From: an uncultured Acidobacteriota bacterium | GTDB taxonomy: Bacteria > Acidobacteriota > UBA6911 > RPQK01 > JAPXNP01 | Reading direction: 5' to 3' | DNA: 64,000 bases | Assembly (NCBI GenBank): GCA_963777605.1 | Contig: CAVZRV010000007.1 | Location: 320,001-384,000 of the forward strand | In this document: one piece after another, positions 58,288 to 64,000 of the stretch | Layout of the letters: every line of letters begins with the position of its first letter | Position numbering within the stretch: the first letter of the stretch is position 1 | The notes under the pieces: model-generated | The model's input: the letters and a program-made list of their open reading frames with translations, nothing else | Told to the model about the DNA's origin: nothing | Database searches by the model: none | Translations under genes and position numbers: made by a program

Positions 58288-59427
58288 TCAGCGGACCGCC
58301 AGGTCAATGATGTCGCTCAAGACCCCGGCCGCAGTGGCAGGAACACCCGCTCCTCTCCCCTGGATGACCAGAGGGTGGGGATCGTAAAGACGAGTGTATA
58401 TTTCAATCAGGTTGTCGTTTCCCCTCAGCCGACCCAGCGGAGTTTCCAGAGCAACTTCTTCCGGGCCGACCCGACACTTGCCGTTCTCAATCACGGCCGC
58501 GTAGCGAAGAACCCGGCCATGCTTTTGAGCGGATCGGACCCGCACCGAGAAGTACTCATCAAGGTCCCCGGTACGGGCAAGGAACTCGTTCACGGGGAGA
58601 TTGTCGAGTTCTCCGGGCAACAAACCCCTCACTTCAACATCAGCGAGATTGAGTTGCCAGCCGATCACCCGCGCCAGGATCAGGCTCTTGCGGGCCACGT
58701 CGGTGCCCGCCAGATCTTCCCGCGGATCGGGTTCGGTGAATCCCGCTTCATAAGCCTGGCGGATCAAACGGCTGAATGGGACTCCCTCCTGGAGGCGGGT
58801 CATCAGGAAACCCAGGGTGCCGCTGAAAGTGCCGGCGATTCGCTGGACCTCGTCACCACTCGCCATGATTCGGGAAAGCGCTACCATGATCGGCAGACAG
58901 GATCCAACGGTGGTTTCCCACCGACAGGCCGTCGGATCACCGGTGAGCGCCTGGAAGAGAGACAGGTCGCCTGCCAGCGGCTTCTTATTGGCCAGCACCA
59001 CGCGTCCCGCGCGCGCCAGGGAATCCAGCAGAGCGGGAGCCGTATCGGAGCTGGCGGTTGCATCCACCAAGATCGAGCCCGGACCGATAAATTGGGCGAC
59101 CAGTTGCATGCCGCCCGGGTGCGGAACGGCTCCGGGTTGCTCAAGAAACGCACGGCCCTTCAGCTTCCCCTCGATCAGGGATCGAATCACCTCATCCGAA
59201 ACCGGCAAATCTCCCTGCCCAGCGAGGTATCCTTCGCTGCCGGCGATACAGACCAGATCAAGCGTCAGATTGAACCGATGGAGGTGGAAATCACGATTCT
59301 CGAGGATATGTCGAAGCAGCGCCCGACCGACTCCTCCAACGCCCAAAAGGACCAGAGGAACCCTCCGCACACCCCCGACCGATGACGGCCGACTTGCCGT
59401 GAGAAACTTAAGTTCCTGTTCCATCAA
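58288..59427 (-). CDS. homoserine dehydrogenase
   Basis: GVGGVG, VVLANKK, ETTVGSCLP, FSGTL, GFTEPDPREDL.G.DVARK, GRGAG..TAAGV. Confidence 0.93.
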   Translation of the reverse strand: MMEQELKFLTASRPSSVGGVRRVPLVLLGVGGVGRALLRHILENRDFHLHRFNLTLDLVCIAGSEGYLAGQGDLPVSDEVIRSLIEGKLKGRAFLEQPGAVPHPGGMQLVAQFIGPGSILVDATASSDTAPALLDSLARAGRVVLANKKPLAGDLSLFQALTGDPTACRWETTVGSCLPIMVALSRIMASGDEVQRIAGTFSGTLGFLMTRLQEGVPFSRLIRQAYEAGFTEPDPREDLAGTDVARKSLILARVIGWQLNLADVEVRGLLPGELDNLPVNEFLARTGDLDEYFSVRVRSAQKHGRVLRYAAVIENGKCRVGPEEVALETPLGRLRGNDNLIEIYTRLYDPHPLVIQGRGAGVPATAAGVLSDIIDLAVR

Positions 59428-59520
59428 ACCGTCTCAGCCCAACGGTGTGCATTTGTATCACAAACCAGACAAACAAAGCTTCGGGTTCCGGACAATGCTC
59501 AATGTGATAAGTTAACCGGA

Positions 59521-60147
59521 ATGAACATTCGGAGCACTTTGGGCCCCTTTGTTACATTGTCGCTTACCCTGCTTGTCTCCTGCTCTTCCGGAACAACAGC
59601 CAGCCCCCCAACTACCGAACTCGATGTTCTTTACGACGCTCCTGCTTTCCAGTTCACCGACAGCACGGGAGCCCAGGTAAGTCGCGATTCCCTCAAAGGT
59701 CGGGTGTGGATCGTCGATTTCATCTTTACACGGTGCGGTGGACCCTGCCCCCTGATGACCCAACGGATGCACAAGCTGCAGGGACTCCTGGCCGAGAAAG
59801 GCTATTCGGGAGACGCATCACCGGTCGTGTTGGTCTCCATCACCGTTGATCCCGAATACGACACGCCTCCGGTCCTGGCGGACTATGCCAAGCTCTGGGG
59901 AGCGGACACCTCGAATTGGCACTTCCTCACGGGCCCTCCGGAGATCGTCCTCCAGACCGTCCGTGAAGGCTTCAAGGTAACAGCCTCGAGGGAAGGTTCC
60001 GGTACCGACATGCCAGATATCCTCCACAGCACCAACTTCCTGCTCGTGGACCAGGAAGGGCGGATCCGGCGGATTGGCCACCTCGACGAAGAAGATCTCG
60101 AGCCGTCCCTGGTGGCAGACGCGGCAAAACTCCTCAACGCCTCCTGA
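59521..60147 (+). CDS. SCO family copper chaperone lipoprotein
   Basis: Lipobox LVSC, FIFTRCGGPCP, SITVDPEYDTP, LHS..F.LVD. Confidence 0.93.
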   Translation: MNIRSTLGPFVTLSLTLLVSCSSGTTASPPTTELDVLYDAPAFQFTDSTGAQVSRDSLKGRVWIVDFIFTRCGGPCPLMTQRMHKLQGLLAEKGYSGDASPVVLVSITVDPEYDTPPVLADYAKLWGADTSNWHFLTGPPEIVLQTVREGFKVTASREGSGTDMPDILHSTNFLLVDQEGRIRRIGHLDEEDLEPSLVADAAKLLNAS

Positions 60148-60273
60148 GAAAGCATCCTCTTTCAAAGAGGTTCCTGCTTCAACAGGTCTGGCCCGCGATG
60201 GGACTCGGCGGTATGCTAGATACCGTCATGAGATGGTTCTCGTACTGCACTCAGCTCGACATGAGAGGTGACC

Positions 60274-63200
60274 ATGGCTGTCAGCCTGAAGGAACTTCAG
60301 TCTTACATTGAACGGTTTTCCAGCGGAGACAACGCACGCCTCCTCCAGAATCTCGCGACGGTAATCTTCGAGGAAGCCGCTCCCGAATTCCTCGAACTCT
60401 TTTCAGAGGCCGATCTCCTGGCTGTGACTCTGGCGGCGCTCGAATTCATTGACGAGCGACGTCTGAAGAGCTACCAGATCCGTTGCTTCAATCCCACTCC
60501 GGAAACCCACGGATGGACGAGCGCCCACACCGCGATTGAGATCAGCGTGCCCGACCGTCCGTTCCTGGTTGACTCGGTCCGGCTGCAACTGAAGCGCAAA
60601 GGAATCGCTCTCCATCACCTGCTCCATCCAATCCTTAGCGTCGAGCGGGGTTCGGAGGGTGAGGTCAAAGAGATCTTCCAACGGCAGTCGGAAGCGTCCA
60701 TCGCCGAGTCCTATGAGCTCTACCTCATCGACCGCATCGACGACCCGGCAGGGCTTGAGGAACTGGAAGCGGACCTTTCGCGAATCCTGGGACTGGTAAC
60801 GGCGGTGACCGACGATTTCACGGCGATGCGTGGAAAGGCTCGGGAAATCGCCAATGCTCTTTCCAAGGCGATTGCCGATGCCGGTTCGCTTCGGTTCCCG
60901 GATTCGGCCTCTGCGATCGCCGAATACGCCGAGTTCATGCGGTGGATCGACGCCGAGAATTTCGTCTACCTTGGTTACCGCGAGTACGAGGTATACGAGG
61001 AAGGCGGCCGGGAGTTCGCCCGAATTCGGGGCAACTCCCGCCTCGGCATCCTCCGCGACGTTGATTCGAGCCGGTTCGCCCAACCGGTGGCTGTCGAGGC
61101 CCTTCCGGCCAAGATTCTCGACCAGATGGCCGGGGTCCCTCTCCTGCTCGTCGCCAAGGCGAATACGGAGTCGCCGATTCAGCGGAGCGGGATGATGGAC
61201 TACATTGGGCTCAAGGAGTTCGATGAGCAGGGGCGATTTGTCGGAGAAAGGCGCTTCCTTGGCCTCTTTGCGTCCCACGCCTACACAACGGCACCGACGG
61301 AGATCCCGATCCTCAGGGAGAAGCTACGGAAGGTTCTGGAACTGGATCGAGCGCGAGCTGCTTCTTACGACTACAAGCAGATCGTCAACATTTTCAATTC
61401 CATCCCCCTCGGGGAACTCTTCGGCCTGAGCGCCGTGAATCTGCACCGCGATATCCGGGACATTATGTCGATCGAAAAGGAGCGCGGCGTTCGTCTCCAG
61501 ATCAGACTCGATGCCATGCAGCGGGGCTACTCGGTCACGGTTATCATGCCGAAAGAGCGTTTCAATTCCCAGGTGAGATTGAAGATTCAATCACACCTGG
61601 AGGCCAGGCTGGGCGCTACGTACTCGAATTATCGGCTGGCAATGGTGGGGACAGACGAAGAACGAGTCCGGTTTCATTTCTTCTTTTCTTCCGCGATGAC
61701 CATGGATGAAATCAGCTTCGGCGAACTCGAGCGCGAAGTAGCGGAACTGACCAGTACCTGGGATGACCGACTGGGAGAGGCTCTGGAGGAGAAATTCGGC
61801 GACTCGGGCCGAAACCTGGCCCGGAAGTATTCCCGAGTGTTTCCCGACGGCTACAAGGCCGAGGTGCCGATCGAGAACGCCGTCCGGGATGTCCCCAACC
61901 TGGAGGCGCTGGGAAATCGAGATTTCCTGATCGACCTGATCAACCCGATAAAGACGCGCTACAAGGAGAAGACGACTCACCTGCGGATCTACCATCCAGG
62001 GACGCTGGTCCTCGCTGAGATCTTCCCGGTTCTCGAAAACCTGGGGCTCAAGATATTCGAGCAAATCTCCTATCAACTGGAACTCAGTCCAGGACGACTG
62101 GCCTCGGTCGATATCTTCCGCGTACAGGACAGCGATGCTTCTCCGATCCATATCGAGAACGACGGGTCACGTCTCAGAGAAGCACTGGTCTCTATTCTCA
62201 CCAACTCCGCCCGCAGTGACCGGTTGAACCGCCTCGTCCTGTCGGCGGGGCTCTCGATCCGAGAGGTCGCCCTCCTCAGTACCTGCCGCGGACATCTCTT
62301 TCAACTGGTTCCGTCTGCCAGTCTGACATTCATTACTGAGACTTTCCTCAACTACCCCGAATGCTGCCAGAAAGTGCTCCGCTTCTTTGAATGCAAGTTT
62401 GATCCGTCACTCGAAGGCGATCGCCAGGCTCTGGCTGCCGCCGCCCACCGGGAAGCAATGGAAAGTCTCAACAGCGTATCTACCCTTCCCGAAGACACGA
62501 CTCTCCGATGTCTGATTGACCTGGTTCACTCGACCCTGCGGACGAACTACTTCCTCAACAAGACTCACATCAGCATCAAGGTCGAGTCAAACCGTCTGAC
62601 CTGGATTGTAGAACCCAAACCCCTCTACGAGATCTTTGTCTGGGGTCCCAACCTGGAAGCGGTCCACCTGAGGGGAGGTGCAATCGCACGAGGGGGCCTG
62701 CGCTGGAGTGATCGCCCTGACGATTTCAGGACGGAAGTGCTGGGTCTGATGAAGACGCAGATGAGCAAGAACGCCCTTATCGTCCCCGAAGGCTCCAAGG
62801 GAGGGTTCGTACTGAAGAACGCCCCGGTGGAACGCAATCGACTGATCGAGTACGTGAAGACGCAGTACCGGACGTTTATTCGTGGTCTCCTCGACGTCAC
62901 CGACAACATCATTGACTCGAAGCCGGTCCACCCCGGAGATCTGATTGTCTATGACGGCTACGATCCCTATCTCGTGGTCGCCGCGGACAAGGGCACGGCA
63001 ACTTTCAGTGATTTGGCCAACTCGATCAGCCGGGAATACGGTTTCTGGCTCGGTGACGCGTTCGCTTCCGGCGGCTCCAACGGTTACGATCACAAGAAGG
63101 AGGGGATCACCGCCAAGGGCGCTTGGGAGTGCGTGCAGCGACACTTTCGAGAACTGGGCATGGATCCTCACAGGGAAGAGTTCACCGTCGCCGGCATTGG

Positions 63201-64000
63201 TGACATGTCGGGGGACGTTTTTGGGAACGGGTTGATCTTCTCGGACAAGATCCGACTCGTCGCCGCCTTCAACCATACCCACATCTTTCTCGACCCCTCT
63301 CCCGACGCGCCTGCAAGCTTCCAGGAGAGGTTGCGGCTTTTTGCCGACCCCTCCTTGTCCTGGGAGGATTACGACCCGTCCCTGATCAGTTCGGGCGGCG
63401 GAGTCTTTCTCCGTAAATCCAAGGCTATCGATCTGTCCACGGAAGCTCGGGAACTCCTGGGACTGGACGAAGAGTCGGTCAGTGGCCAGGAGATCGTCCG
63501 CCGCATTCTCCAGCTGCCGGTTGACCTGCTCTGGAACGGAGGCATCGGCACCTATGTCAAAGCGACCACGGAGAATCATTCCGACGCGGGGGATCTCAAT
63601 AACAACGGCGTTCGAATCGACGCTCCGCAACTCAGGGCCCGTGTCGTAGGAGAAGGAGGCAATCTCGGCTTTACACAGCTCGCCCGGATCGAGTACTCGC
63701 TAAACGGAGGGCGGATGAACACCGACGCAATCGACAATTCGGGCGGCGTCGACATGAGTGATCACGAGGTCAATCTCAAGATCCTGCTCAGCCCGGCTGT
63801 CCGATCCGGCAGGATCTCCGCAGACGATCGCAATCAGCTACTGGTCCGGATGACCGATGAAGTCAGCAGTTTGGTCCTCGCCAACAACTACTCCCAAGCC
63901 CTCTGCCTGTCTCAGGCCGAGCACCTCGGAGTCGAAGGCATCGACACTCTGGAATCGCTCCAGAACCAGCTTTCCTCCCACAGCCGTCTGAAGCCGAATG
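60274..64000 (+). CDS. large NAD-specific glutamate dehydrogenase, 3' end outside window
   Basis: Open frame from ATG 60274 (missing from the ORF track because it has no stop). Motifs HLRGGAIARGGLRWSDR, KNALIVPEGSKGGF, DPYLVVAADKGTATFSD, GIGDMSGDVFGNG, GEGGNLG. Confidence 0.95.
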   Translation, partial: MAVSLKELQSYIERFSSGDNARLLQNLATVIFEEAAPEFLELFSEADLLAVTLAALEFIDERRLKSYQIRCFNPTPETHGWTSAHTAIEISVPDRPFLVDSVRLQLKRKGIALHHLLHPILSVERGSEGEVKEIFQRQSEASIAESYELYLIDRIDDPAGLEELEADLSRILGLVTAVTDDFTAMRGKAREIANALSKAIADAGSLRFPDSASAIAEYAEFMRWIDAENFVYLGYREYEVYEEGGREFARIRGNSRLGILRDVDSSRFAQPVAVEALPAKILDQMAGVPLLLVAKANTESPIQRSGMMDYIGLKEFDEQGRFVGERRFLGLFASHAYTTAPTEIPILREKLRKVLELDRARAASYDYKQIVNIFNSIPLGELFGLSAVNLHRDIRDIMSIEKERGVRLQIRLDAMQRGYSVTVIMPKERFNSQVRLKIQSHLEARLGATYSNYRLAMVGTDEERVRFHFFFSSAMTMDEISFGELEREVAELTSTWDDRLGEALEEKFGDSGRNLARKYSRVFPDGYKAEVPIENAVRDVPNLEALGNRDFLIDLINPIKTRYKEKTTHLRIYHPGTLVLAEIFPVLENLGLKIFEQISYQLELSPGRLASVDIFRVQDSDASPIHIENDGSRLREALVSILTNSARSDRLNRLVLSAGLSIREVALLSTCRGHLFQLVPSASLTFITETFLNYPECCQKVLRFFECKFDPSLEGDRQALAAAAHREAMESLNSVSTLPEDTTLRCLIDLVHSTLRTNYFLNKTHISIKVESNRLTWIVEPKPLYEIFVWGPNLEAVHLRGGAIARGGLRWSDRPDDFRTEVLGLMKTQMSKNALIVPEGSKGGFVLKNAPVERNRLIEYVKTQYRTFIRGLLDVTDNIIDSKPVHPGDLIVYDGYDPYLVVAADKGTATFSDLANSISREYGFWLGDAFASGGSNGYDHKKEGITAKGAWECVQRHFRELGMDPHREEFTVAGIGDMSGDVFGNGLIFSDKIRLVAAFNHTHIFLDPSPDAPASFQERLRLFADPSLSWEDYDPSLISSGGGVFLRKSKAIDLSTEARELLGLDEESVSGQEIVRRILQLPVDLLWNGGIGTYVKATTENHSDAGDLNNNGVRIDAPQLRARVVGEGGNLGFTQLARIEYSLNGGRMNTDAIDNSGGVDMSDHEVNLKILLSPAVRSGRISADDRNQLLVRMTDEVSSLVLANNYSQALCLSQAEHLGVEGIDTLESLQNQLSSHSRLKPN

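Noticed and set aside
60403-63630. Minus-strand ORFs of 291, 186 and 347 aa
   Set aside because: Antisense shadows of the glutamate dehydrogenase frame. The same applies to long antisense ORFs over dnaB, uvrC, the TPR gene and homoserine dehydrogenase.

Overview
GC-rich bacterial chromosome segment. Gene content (CRTAC1/FG-GAP protein, GerMN-amidase-rph-rdgB cluster, LpxC, TonB) suggests Acidobacteriota, by inference only. It is mostly housekeeping: tRNA-Pro(TGG), rdgB, rph, lpxC, thrB, pgsA, uvrC, ispF/ispD, radA, alr, dnaB, rplI-rpsR-rpsF, membrane pyrophosphatase, pth, rplY, prs, ispE, fabH, thiD, nth, an Opp-type ABC set, rlmD, homoserine dehydrogenase, SCO and a large NAD-glutamate dehydrogenase that runs off the end. 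No CRISPR array, integrase or transposase is visible. The main points the ORF track hides are these. (1) Two exported proteins are split at in-frame TGA codons in Cys-paired redox motifs, each with a SECIS-like hairpin: a thioredoxin-like SPT-U-GH-C protein (57172-57732) and a UshA-like EPCG-U protein (34381-35280). Both are probable selenoproteins. (2) There is an in-frame fusion of lipoprotein signal peptidase II with the chaperone LolA. (3) Frameshifts occur in ispE (two, compensating) and in the ABC binding protein, probably assembly indels. (4) There is an attenuator-like leader before a 3D-domain gene. (5) Many genes have leaderless-type promoters. (6) Several degenerate domains and gene remnants are present.
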